In this document: positions 22,801-30,629 of the stretch, one piece after another | Layout of the letters: each line of letters opens with the position of its first letter | Numbering within the stretch: position 1 is the first letter of the stretch | Assembly: GCA_963749655.1 (NCBI GenBank) | Contig: CAVVOB010000017.1 | Location: 1-42,515, forward strand | DNA length: 42,515 nucleotides | DNA from: Nitrospirota bacterium | GTDB taxonomy: Bacteria > Nitrospirota > UBA9217 | Reading direction: 5' to 3' | Made by a program: the position numbers and the translations under genes | The notes under the pieces: generated by a model | The model's database searches: none | Seen by the model: only the letters and a program-made list of their open reading frames with translations | Told to the model about the DNA's origin: nothing

Positions 22801-23526
22801 GATTCGGAGGGAAAGCGCCGGGGAGTTAAGATGGCGCAATTTACTCAGGAACAGGAGCTCGCCGTCCTCTTTGCGCGCAAGCAGGGTTTCGGCGCTCGTG
22901 CTCGCGCCTGGCCACGATTGGATGAGGGGGTACAGGAAGCGCTCGGAATCTACCCGCAGCAGAACGGCGCCGGCGGGAGCGGATTCCGGTCCGGGGCCGC
23001 CGGTCACCGGAATTACCAGATCGAGGTGAGGATAATCGGCGACATTCGCCTTGTGAAGATCGGACAGCAGGATGATGTGCTTGTTCAGGGCTTCCGCAAT
23101 AAGCCCCTTCGCATGGGGACCGATCCTTTTTCCAGCAGCATCGGAAGAGAGCAGGACCGTGCCCGCGGCGTCAACAAGCAGCACATTCTTGTAGTCGTAG
23201 GCTTCGTGAAGAGCGTCCATCCAGCGGGCAATTTCCCGGTGCAGATCCGCCGCTCGGGGATTTTGAAAAAGCCGCTCGATGTCGGAAAGAATGAAACGGT
23301 TATGAAGGACGATGGAAGCGTCGCCGATCCGCTCCCTGCGCCAAGCCACTATCTGGCTGACCTTCAAGTCTGCGACGGCGGCGAGTTCGTCCACCATGTT
23401 CTGACTGAGCTGTTTTTTCTGGTTCTCGTAGTACAAGAACCCGGCAATGATGATGAAAAAAGTCAGGAGAAAAAAAACAGTGGTCAGCCGGGGAATCATG
23501 GTGTCAGAACCGAACCGGGACTGCAT
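19849..23526 (-). CDS. Membrane hybrid sensor histidine kinase (Cache-like, 4 PAS, HisKA/HATPase, receiver)
   Basis: Two TM segments, repeated PAS-PAC ends (DITERKKAE), H-box LAGGVAHDFNN, G-box GKGTGLGL, and a receiver domain (LLAEDD...DLLILDIIMP). Confidence 0.95.
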   Translation of the reverse strand: MQSRFGSDTMIPRLTTVFFLLTFFIIIAGFLYYENQKKQLSQNMVDELAAVADLKVSQIVAWRRERIGDASIVLHNRFILSDIERLFQNPRAADLHREIARWMDALHEAYDYKNVLLVDAAGTVLLSSDAAGKRIGPHAKGLIAEALNKHIILLSDLHKANVADYPHLDLVIPVTGGPGPESAPAGAVLLRVDSERFLYPLIQSWPGASTSAETLLARKEDGELLFLSKLRHLNSPALSLRIPLANKQELSAVLAQGGNGVIETRDYRDVPVLAVIRAVPQSPWLLISKIDREEITAPLRERALFLSAIIILMIAVAGMSTIAWWRQRNAEYARRRYEDELSRKALSERFDYLSKYANDIILLADQADRIIEANDRAVTAYGYTREELLRLSLRDIEVREPRQDPLPRMEQVREQNGFIFEAVHRRNDGTIFPVEVSSRLIDRGNASFVQSIIRDITERKKAESALINEKNRSEAIIAAIGDGISIQDRDFRILYQNEVHKNLIGEHTGKPCYEAYEHRTTVCEACPMAKSLSDGMVHTAERSMQHEDGLHYFEITSSPLRNEGGAVIAGIEAVRDITPRKRAEEALIESERRYRNLFDHSLTGFALHEIVTDAAGRPVDSVFLEANAAFEEMTGIRSGSIIGKRATEVLPGIVKTDFIATYGRVALTGQPVHFEHYAERLDKHFEIAAFSPAKGQFATIFSDISARKSAEHAQMESERRYRRLVESVTDYIYTVDVAEGHAVRTHHGPGCIAVTGYTSEEYAANPDLWFRMIHEEDRTMVLEQTSKLLSGTAVPPFEHRILHKNGSLLWVRNTPVPRYDRDGRLNAYDGLITDITQIKFLENQLRQAQKMEAVGQLAGGVAHDFNNILTAIIGYGNLLLMKMPPTDLSRTFVEQILSSAERAAHLTHSLLAFSRKQIIDLRPVNVNDIIRRVEKLLCRVIGEDIEFTTRLGSADMTVMADSVQIEQILMNLSTNARDAMPEGGSLVIDTGPVEIGEEFVRTHTYARPGPYVCICVTDTGIGMDETVRSRVFEPFFTTKEVGKGTGLGLAMVYGIVKQHNGYINVYSEPGQGTSFKIYLPLIAPASGRETGAAVDDMRHGTETVLLAEDDAAVRKLTGSVLLAFGYTVIEAVDGEDAVQKFNDHGDKIDLLILDIIMPKKNGKEAYQAIRKLKPGIKALFTSGYTADIVHKKGILETGLDFILKPSTPAAFLKKVREVLDKTNAE

Positions 23527-23665
23527 GGAGGAGCCGCCTCTCTTGGCGTCAGGGTTTATCGGGCAGATCAAGGATGTTGTCGTAAACTGTATCAAACGAT
23601 TCCGTTGTTGTCAATGCGCCGCGCCAAACAGCGAACCGATTTTCGGTCCCCGGGGCTCATTTCTC

Positions 23666-23694
23666 TTGACAAGTGAACAGGTGTTCACTATACT
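23666..23694 (+). promoter_or_regulatory. sigma70 promoter TTGACA-N17-TATACT containing a LexA-box-like palindrome AGTGAAC-AGGT-GTTCACT
   Basis: Perfect -35, near-perfect -10 and a perfect 7-bp inverted repeat at 23672-23689 matching GAAC-N4-GTTC. Lies upstream of the dinB-lexA operon. Confidence 0.88.
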
Positions 23695-23700
23695 GGTTTC

Positions 23701-23940
23701 ATGGCTACCGAGGTGGATGAACCGATAACGGTCGGCGCGGTCTTCGCGAACGGGACCGTGAAACCGGTGTGGTTCGCCCGCCGCGGCAGGCAGGTCCGCA
23801 TCCGCGAGGTGGCTCTGACCTGGAAAACCCGGCAGGGCAGCACGCCGCTTCTCCATTTTTCCGTCACTGATGGCGCCGGATTGTTTGAGCTCTGTTTCAA
23901 TGCGGCAAATTTTACTTGGAGACTAAATAGGGCCGAGTAA
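23701..23940 (+). CDS. Small DUF6504-like beta protein, first gene of the SOS operon
   Basis: KPVWFARRGRQVRIREV...W...HFSVTDG..LFELCFN...WRL pattern. ATG is 6 nt after the -10 box (leaderless). Confidence 0.7.
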   Translation: MATEVDEPITVGAVFANGTVKPVWFARRGRQVRIREVALTWKTRQGSTPLLHFSVTDGAGLFELCFNAANFTWRLNRAE

Positions 23941-23950
23941 AGACCATGTA

Positions 23951-23980
23951 GCCACGAATTAACACGAATTTACACGAATT
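23951..23980 (+). repeat. 3x NNCACGAATT tandem decamer upstream of the GxxExxY gene
   Basis: gccacgaatt aacacgaatt tacacgaatt. Confidence 0.9.
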
Positions 23981-24003
23981 AAAAAATCGGGAGTGCCCCG
24001 GTC

Positions 24004-24381
24004 ATGGGTGATCAGGAAATATTGTACAAGGAGATGTCATACAGGATAATCGGTCTCGCAATGCAGGTGCATCGGGAACTGGGCTCAGGTTTTTTTGAGA
24101 AAGTATACGAAAATGCTGTAATGATACTGTTCCGCAATCAGTCGATCAATGCCGTTCAACAGGCGCCTATTACGGTTTCTTTTCAAGGTGAGGTTGTAGG
24201 GGAGTACCTTGCGGATATTCTGGTCGACGAACAGATCATCCTGGAACTCAAGGCGGCTGCCAAGATAACAGATGTCCACCGAGCGCAAGCTTTTAACTAT
24301 CTGAAAGCGACCGGAAAGAAACTTGCAATCATTCTGAATTTTGGAAAAGAAAGCCTTGAGTACGAGAGGATCGCTCACTAG
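24004..24381 (+). CDS. GxxExxY family PD-(D/E)XK-like protein
   Basis: VHRELGSGFFEKVYENA and ADILVDEQIILELKA...AQAFNYLKATG...ILNFG. Confidence 0.95.
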   Translation: MGDQEILYKEMSYRIIGLAMQVHRELGSGFFEKVYENAVMILFRNQSINAVQQAPITVSFQGEVVGEYLADILVDEQIILELKAAAKITDVHRAQAFNYLKATGKKLAIILNFGKESLEYERIAH

Positions 24382-24424
24382 ATTTTTTAAGAATCTAAAT
24401 CGAAATTTTTCGCTATGAATTGTG

Positions 24425-24650
24425 GCCACGAATGAATGCCTGAATTTTTTTACGTTGATTTCGGGTGTTTTTAATTCGTGAAATTCGCGGCGAAAAAAAA
24501 AGATGTTTTTTTTGTCAGGCAGTGAAGTGCCGAAGCGAATGATTTTTTTGCCACGAATTGACACGAATTAACACGAATAACGACGGAAAGCTTTATGTCA
24601 GGATCAGGGTTTGCCTTTGTGAATTCGTGAAAATTCGTGAAATTCGTGGC
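24425..24650. repeat. REP/BIME-like units: (CACGAATT)n...(AATTCGTG)n inverted pairs with linker
   Basis: Two inverted pairs (24425-24491 and 24550-24650) separated by a linker similar to those at 26032-26087 and 26179-26234. Confidence 0.85.
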
Positions 24651-24684
24651 AAAAAAAGAATTTTAAGTTCGTCGGTTTTGAAAA

Positions 24685-25902
24685 ATGAGAACAATTCTTC
24701 ACATAGACATGAACGCCTTCTTCGCCTCCGTGGAGCAGCGGGCCGATCCGTCGCTCCGGAGCAGGCCGATGGCCGTTATCGGGTCCGTTCACCGCGGCGT
24801 GGTTCTTTCCCCGTCCTACGAGGCCCGCGCTTTCGGAGTGAAGACCGGCATGACCTATGGCGAGGCCGTGCGGGCCTGCCCGGGGCTCCGCCTGGTGCCC
24901 GCGGACCCGTCCAAGTACGCGCATGCCTGCGAAGAGCTGATCAAGATCTGGCAGGACTTCACGCCCCTGGTCGAGCTTTTTTCTATCGACGAGGCCTTTC
25001 TGGACGTGACAGGCTGCGAACGTCTGCTCGGCGACCCGGTGCAGATCGCGGTCCGGATCAAGGAGCGGGTCTGGAACGAGAAGCAGCTCACCTGTTCCAT
25101 CGGCATCGCTCCGAACAAGCTCCTGGCCAAGCTGGGGAGCGACATGAAGAAACCCGACGGGCTTGTGCTCATTTCTCCCGACGACGTGGCCGAGGTTCTC
25201 GAAGACCTTCCGGTCAAGGAGCTGTGCGGCATCGGGCCGAGCCTGACGCAGACCCTCGCTTCGATGGGCATCAGGACCTGCGGCGAACTCGGGCGCGCGC
25301 CTCTCCGCGAGCTCGTCGCGCGGTTCGGCGTCGTCGGCGAGCGACTCCGGGACATGGGTCGGGGGATCGACGACGATTCGGTCGTGTCTCCGGAACAGCA
25401 GCATGGGGAGGAGAGCAAAAGCATCGGCCACAGCATGACGCTCGACACAGACTGCGCCGATGTCACCCTGATCGAGCGCCACCTGCTTCAGCTTTCCGAA
25501 AAGGTCGGACGCAGGCTCCGACGCGGACTTTACCAGGGGAACGTGGTATGCCTCACGCTTCGCTCGTCGGACTTCCATACCTTCAGCCGCCAAAAGCGGC
25601 TTCAACATCCCGTGAACGCCGGGCTCGACGTTTATGCCGCGGCCCGGTCCCTGCTGCATGCGCAGCGGCTGGACCAGCCGCTGCGGCTCGTGGGCGTAAG
25701 TGTATCGGGCCTCACCAGGAATTTTGTCCAGATGCCGCTCTTTGCCGACGAACGGAAGCGGGGATTCATCGTCGACGCCATGGACGACATCAATGACCGG
25801 TACGGAGAATTCACGGTCACCTGGGGTACGCTTGCCGAACGTGCCAGCCACGAGCGGGTCATCTCGCCGGCGTGGCGACCGGAGGGGGACAGGCAGTATT
25901 GA
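24685..25902 (+). CDS. dinB: DNA polymerase IV (Y family)
   Basis: ILHIDMNAFFASVEQ, SYEARAFGV, SIDEAFLD, IAPNKLLAKLGSDMKKPDG, and little-finger KSIGHSMT. Confidence 0.97.
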   Translation: MRTILHIDMNAFFASVEQRADPSLRSRPMAVIGSVHRGVVLSPSYEARAFGVKTGMTYGEAVRACPGLRLVPADPSKYAHACEELIKIWQDFTPLVELFSIDEAFLDVTGCERLLGDPVQIAVRIKERVWNEKQLTCSIGIAPNKLLAKLGSDMKKPDGLVLISPDDVAEVLEDLPVKELCGIGPSLTQTLASMGIRTCGELGRAPLRELVARFGVVGERLRDMGRGIDDDSVVSPEQQHGEESKSIGHSMTLDTDCADVTLIERHLLQLSEKVGRRLRRGLYQGNVVCLTLRSSDFHTFSRQKRLQHPVNAGLDVYAAARSLLHAQRLDQPLRLVGVSVSGLTRNFVQMPLFADERKRGFIVDAMDDINDRYGEFTVTWGTLAERASHERVISPAWRPEGDRQY

Positions 25903-25930
25903 TGATAATGGAAAACCCAAGAGTTTTTTA

Positions 25931-26336
25931 GCCACGAATTAACACGAATTGACACGAATGAAAGCTTAAGTCTTTGACCTAGATTCCTGATGCGCATTTT
26001 TAAATTCGTGAAAATTCGTGAAATTCGTGGCTAAAAAACAGATGTTCTTTTATCAGCAGTGATATGCAGAAGCCAATGATTTTTTTTGCCACGAATTGAC
26101 ACGAATGAAAGCTTAAGTCTTTGACCTTGATTCCTGAGTCGCATTTTTAAATTCGTGAAAATTCGTGAAATTCGTGGCTAAAAAGCAGATGTTCTTTTTT
26201 CAGCAGTGATATGCAGAAACCAATGATTTTTTTTGCCACGAATTGACACGAATTAACACGAATGAAAGCTTAAGGCCTTGACCTTGATTCCTGAGGCGCA
26301 TTTTTTAAATTCGTGAAAATTCGTGAAATTCGTGGC
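25931..26336. repeat. Tandem array of three ~90-100 bp palindromic REP-like units with ~56-bp linkers (BIME-like)
   Basis: Units at 25931-26031, 26088-26178 and 26235-26336 read gccacgaatt...aaagcttaag...ttcctga...aattcgtgaaaattcgtgaaattcgtggc and are near identical. Confidence 0.92.
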
Positions 26337-26383
26337 GTTCTGACAGCAGTTGCTTTTTCATTCGTTGTCAATGTGAGGGAGAC

Positions 26384-26995
26384 ATGAAAAAAATAATTAC
26401 TGATCGGCAGAAGGCTATCTACGATTTCATCAAAACGACGCAGGCTGCCCGGGGGATTCCGCCCTCCATGCGGGAGATCGGGGAGGAGTTCGGGATCCGG
26501 TCCACCAACGGCGTGGAGGGCCATCTCGCGGCGCTCGAAGCACACGGCCTCATTTCCCGGGAACGGGGAAAATCGCGCGGCGTCTCCGTCCACACAGCGG
26601 AACGCTCCGTGGCTTCGGTCCCCCTTCTCGGCAGGGTCGCGGCGGGCATGCCGGTGCTGTCGCCGGAAAACCGGGAAGGCGACGTCACGGTCGACCTTTC
26701 TTTCTTCTCTCTCCGGAGCGGCGGAAATCTCTTTGCGCTGAAGGTGAAGGGCGAAAGCATGGTGAACGCCCATATCATGGAGGGTGACACACTCCTGGTG
26801 CGCGCCCAGTCAACGGCGCAGAACGGCGACATCGTCGTGGCCCTCGTCGAGGGCGAGGCTACGGTGAAGCGGTTCTTTGCCGAGAAGAACGGGGTCCGCC
26901 TCCAGCCCGAGAACAGCGGCATGAAACCGATCACGGTCGAGCGCGGTGAATTCCGCATTCTTGGCCGGGCCGTGGGAGTGATCAGAAAGATATGA
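26384..26995 (+). CDS. lexA: SOS repressor LexA
   Basis: wHTH PPSMREIGEEFGIRSTNGV, cleavage site VAAG.P, catalytic GESM and ATVKRF. Confidence 0.97.
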   Translation: MKKIITDRQKAIYDFIKTTQAARGIPPSMREIGEEFGIRSTNGVEGHLAALEAHGLISRERGKSRGVSVHTAERSVASVPLLGRVAAGMPVLSPENREGDVTVDLSFFSLRSGGNLFALKVKGESMVNAHIMEGDTLLVRAQSTAQNGDIVVALVEGEATVKRFFAEKNGVRLQPENSGMKPITVERGEFRILGRAVGVIRKI

Positions 26996-27161
26996 AAGGA
27001 TACGCTATTAGTAGTTTATAATGCAATCTCGTCTACCACCGCGCCGGTGAGGTTACTGCTGTTGATATACTCGTAGCACAGACAAGCAGAATGCGTTGGA
27101 ACGTTTGCGGTTCGTATTGGGGACGGAAGCCGGCCGCAGCCACCGAGAAGCGTGTAAAAGG

Positions 27162-27189
27162 TTGATTCGGGAAACGAAGAGAGTATAAT
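27162..27189 (+). promoter_or_regulatory. Putative sigma70 promoter TTGATT-N16-TATAAT for the TA pair
   Basis: Consensus -10 about 40 nt upstream of ATG 27232. Confidence 0.55.
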
Positions 27190-27231
27190 TGCTCAAGTTT
27201 TGAAGATCGGTGTTCTTGAAAGGAAAACAGT

Positions 27232-27453
27232 ATGAAAAAACTCGCCCTTCCCCTGGCACGATTATCATTCTCTCAAAAGCTGGATTTAATGGAGACACTC
27301 TGGGCGGACCTGGCGGGGGATGAGAAAAAACTGGAGTCCCCGGCTTGGCATGGCGCTCTTCTTAAGGAACGGGGAGCTGCCTATGCAGCCGGCAAGCTCA
27401 CTGCCTCGGACTGGGAACAGGCCAAGAAACGCATCAAAAAGAAGGTCTCATGA
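27232..27453 (+). CDS. Addiction-module antitoxin (TIGR02574-like)
   Basis: LSFSQKLDLMETLWADL...SPAWHGALLKER...DWEQAKKRI; overlaps the toxin start (ATGA). Confidence 0.88.
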   Translation: MKKLALPLARLSFSQKLDLMETLWADLAGDEKKLESPAWHGALLKERGAAYAAGKLTASDWEQAKKRIKKKVS

Positions 27454-27743
27454 AAATAAAAATCCTGAACGCGGCGGAGAATGATATTGAAGAAGGGTAT
27501 CGATTCTACGAGTCTCAGGATTCAGGTCTCGGCTCCTATTTTCTCGATTCTCTGTATTCAGATATTGACTCCCTCGCCTATTTCGGAGGTATGCACCGGG
27601 TGGTTATGGGACATCACCGGTTACTTGCGAAGCGCTTTCCCTTTGCCGTGTATTACCGAATTGTTGATAATGAAGTAGTTGTGTTCGCCGTTCTGGATTG
27701 CCGCCGCAGCCCGAACTGGATGAGAAAAACATTGATGAAGTGA
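27450..27743 (+). CDS. RelE/ParE family toxin
   Basis: AENDIEEGYRFYESQDSGLGSYF...KRFPFAVYYRI...VFAVLDCRRSP. Confidence 0.9.
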   Translation: MKIKILNAAENDIEEGYRFYESQDSGLGSYFLDSLYSDIDSLAYFGGMHRVVMGHHRLLAKRFPFAVYYRIVDNEVVVFAVLDCRRSPNWMRKTLMK

Positions 27744-27839
27744 TGATTGATCATCAGTTGCGGATGGCATTGAATCAAAGAAGTCAATCGGGGACTCTAC
27801 GTCACCCAAGGTGCTTTCCGTCATGAGCCGTTTTATGCC

Positions 27840-27896
27840 GAGCGGGGAGAATTCCGCATTCTCGGCAGGGCAGTGGGGGTGATCAGGAAGATATGA
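27840..27896 (+). repeat. Diverged duplicate of the last 57 bp of lexA
   Basis: Encodes ERGEFRILGRAVGVIRKI*, identical to 26939-26995, with 7 synonymous differences. Confidence 0.9.
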
Positions 27897-27928
27897 AGAA
27901 GCGACTTGGGCTCTTCTTCAATTTCTGT

Positions 27929-27957
27929 TTGCAATGCCCCAATCCCCTTGTTATACT
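27929..27957 (+). promoter_or_regulatory. Putative promoter TTGCAA-N17-TATACT with extended -10 (TG) for MNT-HEPN
   Basis: ttgcaa tgccccaatccccttgt tatact. Confidence 0.6.
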
Positions 27958-28064
27958 CGGTCCACCATCCTTATCATGAGGCATCCTTCCCGAGGTGACC
28001 GGCATGGCGGTTCCCCATTCCCGGTCTTTTCCAAGCCTTGTTGAGAGGATTGCCGGGTGAATGC

Positions 28065-28472
28065 ATGAGCGAAGAAACGATAGTAAAAACAGTGCTGAGC
28101 TTTTATCCCGATGCAGAGGCTATTTATCTTTTCGGTTCCTTTCTGACGCCGGACCAGCGGCAGGGCAGCGACGTTGATATAGCCGTCCTCTTCTCCCCTG
28201 AAAAAGCCGTGCAGCTCGATAATTCCGCCCTGGGCGATTGCCGGGCAGCTCTCGAAAAGGCCTTGAAGAGAACGGTTGATCTTGTCAACCTGCGGAAGGC
28301 AAATACGGTTTTTCAGAACGAGATCATGCAGGAAGGCAGGATCATCCATCAGCAGAACGAGCGCGCTGTCGATGAATTCGAGATGCAGGTACTGTCATCG
28401 TATCAAAAGCTGAACGAGGAACGGGCGGGTATCCTGGAGGATATATTGGAAACCGGGAGAATATTGAAATGA
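28065..28472 (+). CDS. mntA: Minimal nucleotidyltransferase (MntA-type antitoxin)
   Basis: IYLFGS...SDVDIAV...VDLVNL motif. Confidence 0.9.
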   Translation: MSEETIVKTVLSFYPDAEAIYLFGSFLTPDQRQGSDVDIAVLFSPEKAVQLDNSALGDCRAALEKALKRTVDLVNLRKANTVFQNEIMQEGRIIHQQNERAVDEFEMQVLSSYQKLNEERAGILEDILETGRILK

Positions 28473-28897
28473 TGCTGGACGTGATTCTGAACAAGAAGGA
28501 GAGCATTGAGCGCTGCGTCAAGCAGATACGCCTCTACTATGCCACGCCGTCGGAACTGCCCTTTGAGCAAGACCATTTGAGGCAGGATGCCATTGCCGCC
28601 AACCTTCAGCGGGCCGCTGAACAGTCCATCGATCTGGCGAATCACGTCATCAGAAAAGGAAAGCTGGGCCTGCCGAAGGAAAGCAGGGAAAGCTTCGAGA
28701 TACTTGCCAAGGCCAAGATCATCTCCCCTGAGCTCGCGGATAAGTTAAAGGGCATGGTCGGATTTCGCAACATCATGGTCCATCAGTACCAGGAGATGGA
28801 CATAAAGATCATGGTGGAAGTGATCGAACATCATCTCGATGATCTGATCGCTTTTACGACTCAAGTCATGGAGTTCGGCCGCAGCCGGAAATCGTGA
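28469..28897 (+). CDS. hepT: HEPN/DUF86 ribonuclease toxin (HepT type)
   Basis: GFRNIMVHQY (RX4-6H) motif; translationally coupled to the MNT gene. Confidence 0.92.
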   Translation: MMLDVILNKKESIERCVKQIRLYYATPSELPFEQDHLRQDAIAANLQRAAEQSIDLANHVIRKGKLGLPKESRESFEILAKAKIISPELADKLKGMVGFRNIMVHQYQEMDIKIMVEVIEHHLDDLIAFTTQVMEFGRSRKS

Positions 28898-29128
28898 GCA
28901 GCTGCATCGGATCTTTCCAATGGAAAAGCAGGTGCGGAAGCTTGAGAGAGCCACCTATCCGGTCTTTGGAAAGCTTGATAATATTATACTTTATCCAGTG
29001 GGCACTTAGTATCTTAGTCCCGTAACCCGGACCGGATATGCGATAAATGGCTCCAGATATTTTGACCGCGCAAGGCGCTATTCTCAGGAGGCTTTGATCC
29101 TTGATGGTCCTCGGGGGGGGCAGTATAG

Positions 29129-29656
29129 TTACAACAGAATGCTCCAAGTGGGATAGATACCTTTGGCTCGACCGAATAACTCGCTCAAGCTGAGCTCGAC
29201 GTAGTGCTTTGTAAGAGTGTTAACCAAGACAAATCTGAACTGTTGTTTTAGACTTTGAGCAACGAGAACTTCAGCGGCAGTAAGTCCAAAAAAATATCCA
29301 CGAAAGCTGACATTGATTTTATCTTTGTTTGTCGATTTGATCTCGAAAAGCTGAATCTTATTTATCTTTGATTCAACGTCTGACAGATCGTCGAGGTCAA
29401 CAGGTGCAAGGAGCTTAATAATGTCAAAAGCGCGCCCGTAAACGATCATATCTCTTTTGACAAAGGCAACAACAATATTTTTTTTCTGCTTAGGTGTAGG
29501 CAAAGTAAAGCCAAGCTGCTTTTCTATAAGTATTTGCGCCGCTCGACGCGCCGTTGCATTACCAACCCTCTTTCTTTCCACTAACCCAGTTATCGCTGGG
29601 GTGGTCAATTCGGGAGTATGCAAAATAGCCGATTTACTTATCCTTTTGTCGGCCAT
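29129..29656 (-). CDS. PD-(D/E)XK nuclease (DUF3883/NOV-C-like)
   Basis: AFDII...LFEIKST...FGLTAAE.L.A......RFVLV; AT-rich codon usage. Confidence 0.65.
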   Translation of the reverse strand: MADKRISKSAILHTPELTTPAITGLVERKRVGNATARRAAQILIEKQLGFTLPTPKQKKNIVVAFVKRDMIVYGRAFDIIKLLAPVDLDDLSDVESKINKIQLFEIKSTNKDKINVSFRGYFFGLTAAEVLVAQSLKQQFRFVLVNTLTKHYVELSLSELFGRAKGIYPTWSILL

Positions 29657-29943
29657 AAGGCTCTCCTCATAGTTGATTTTTTCGGATTGATTTTGATGGT
29701 ATGTTTGAGCCGCTTCGAAAGTTTAGATAATAATTGAGTCATTGACGTTTCGAGTGCTTGGCAAATCTGAGCGGTTTCTATAACATCTATCCGCCGCTCA
29801 CCCGTCTCATATTTGCTGACAAAACTTTGGGGAACCGAAAGTTTACGAGCTAGTTGAGCTTGGGTCAGATGCCTCGCTTCTCGCAAGTCCTTAAGTATCC
29901 GCCGTAATTCGAGGTAGGCAATATCGTAAGACGAGTTTTTCAT
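29638..29943 (-). CDS. XRE-family HTH regulator
   Basis: LKDLREARHLTQAQLARKLSVPQSFVSKYETGERRIDVIE. Confidence 0.93.
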   Translation of the reverse strand: MKNSSYDIAYLELRRILKDLREARHLTQAQLARKLSVPQSFVSKYETGERRIDVIETAQICQALETSMTQLLSKLSKRLKHTIKINPKKSTMRRALWPTKG

Positions 29944-30057
29944 TTATCCACCTTATACCACGAGGCAGGCGATAAACCCAAGATGGGATATTGTTGTATC
30001 TGTTCTGGTAACCTGGCTAGATAAAATTAGAGGCCAAAAGATTGCGTAGAGGTAACC

Positions 30058-30594
30058 GTGAAAACTTTGGAAAAACGCTATGGCAAAGAGCGTGAGCTGC
30101 GGCGAGTTCCTGCAGTACTGTCTACCGGTGAGGAGATCAAGCATTTGCCGGGGAGTCAGAATGTATTGATAAAGAAGGTCCTTGATGATTTGTGCTCATT
30201 GTATACCCCGGCCGGGCGTGTAATTTATGTTAGCGGTACTAATAAGAAACCGCCATATTTCGATTTTGATGCGCTGAGTGCGATAGGCGTCAAGATTGAA
30301 GAACATGGAAAGATGCCGGACGTTGTGGTACATCATGTGGAAAAAGGCTGGCTGGTTCTGATCGAAGCAGTGACAAGCCACGGGCCGGTAAACCCAAAGC
30401 GGAGACAGGAATTGAAGGAGCTTTTTGCCGGATCAAAAATAGGGTTGGTGTTTGTGACAGCGTTTCTTGAACGACGAGCAATGATCAAGTATCTTAACGA
30501 TATCTCGTGGGAGACAGAAGCCTGGGTTGCCGAATCTCCGACCCATCTTATTCATTTCAACGGCGAGCGATTCCTTGGGCCTTATGAGGATTAG
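30058..30594 (+). CDS. BsuBI/PstI-family restriction endonuclease, C-terminal domain only
   Basis: EHGKMPDVVVH...WLVLIEAVTSHGPV...FVTAF...ISWETEAWVAESPTHLIHFNGERFLGP. About 180 aa, so the N-terminal part is absent. Confidence 0.88.
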   Translation: MKTLEKRYGKERELRRVPAVLSTGEEIKHLPGSQNVLIKKVLDDLCSLYTPAGRVIYVSGTNKKPPYFDFDALSAIGVKIEEHGKMPDVVVHHVEKGWLVLIEAVTSHGPVNPKRRQELKELFAGSKIGLVFVTAFLERRAMIKYLNDISWETEAWVAESPTHLIHFNGERFLGPYED

Positions 30595-30629
30595 CAGACG
30601 CTATTAATTTTGCCTTAGAAGGTATCGTG

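Noticed and set aside
21130-23676. 848-aa + strand ORF and other long antisense ORFs (7823..8824, 8665..9765, 19957..21108, 24604..25935, 31648..32553)
   Set aside because: Shadow frames opposite well-supported GC-rich genes, with no recognisable motifs.
25931-26336. CRISPR array
   Set aside because: The intervening sequences are near-identical rather than unique spacers, the units are long palindromes, and there are no cas genes.
29972-29990. CCCA-AGA-TGGG operator upstream of the XRE gene
   Set aside because: Plausible autoregulatory site, but a 4-bp arm is too short to support from sequence alone.
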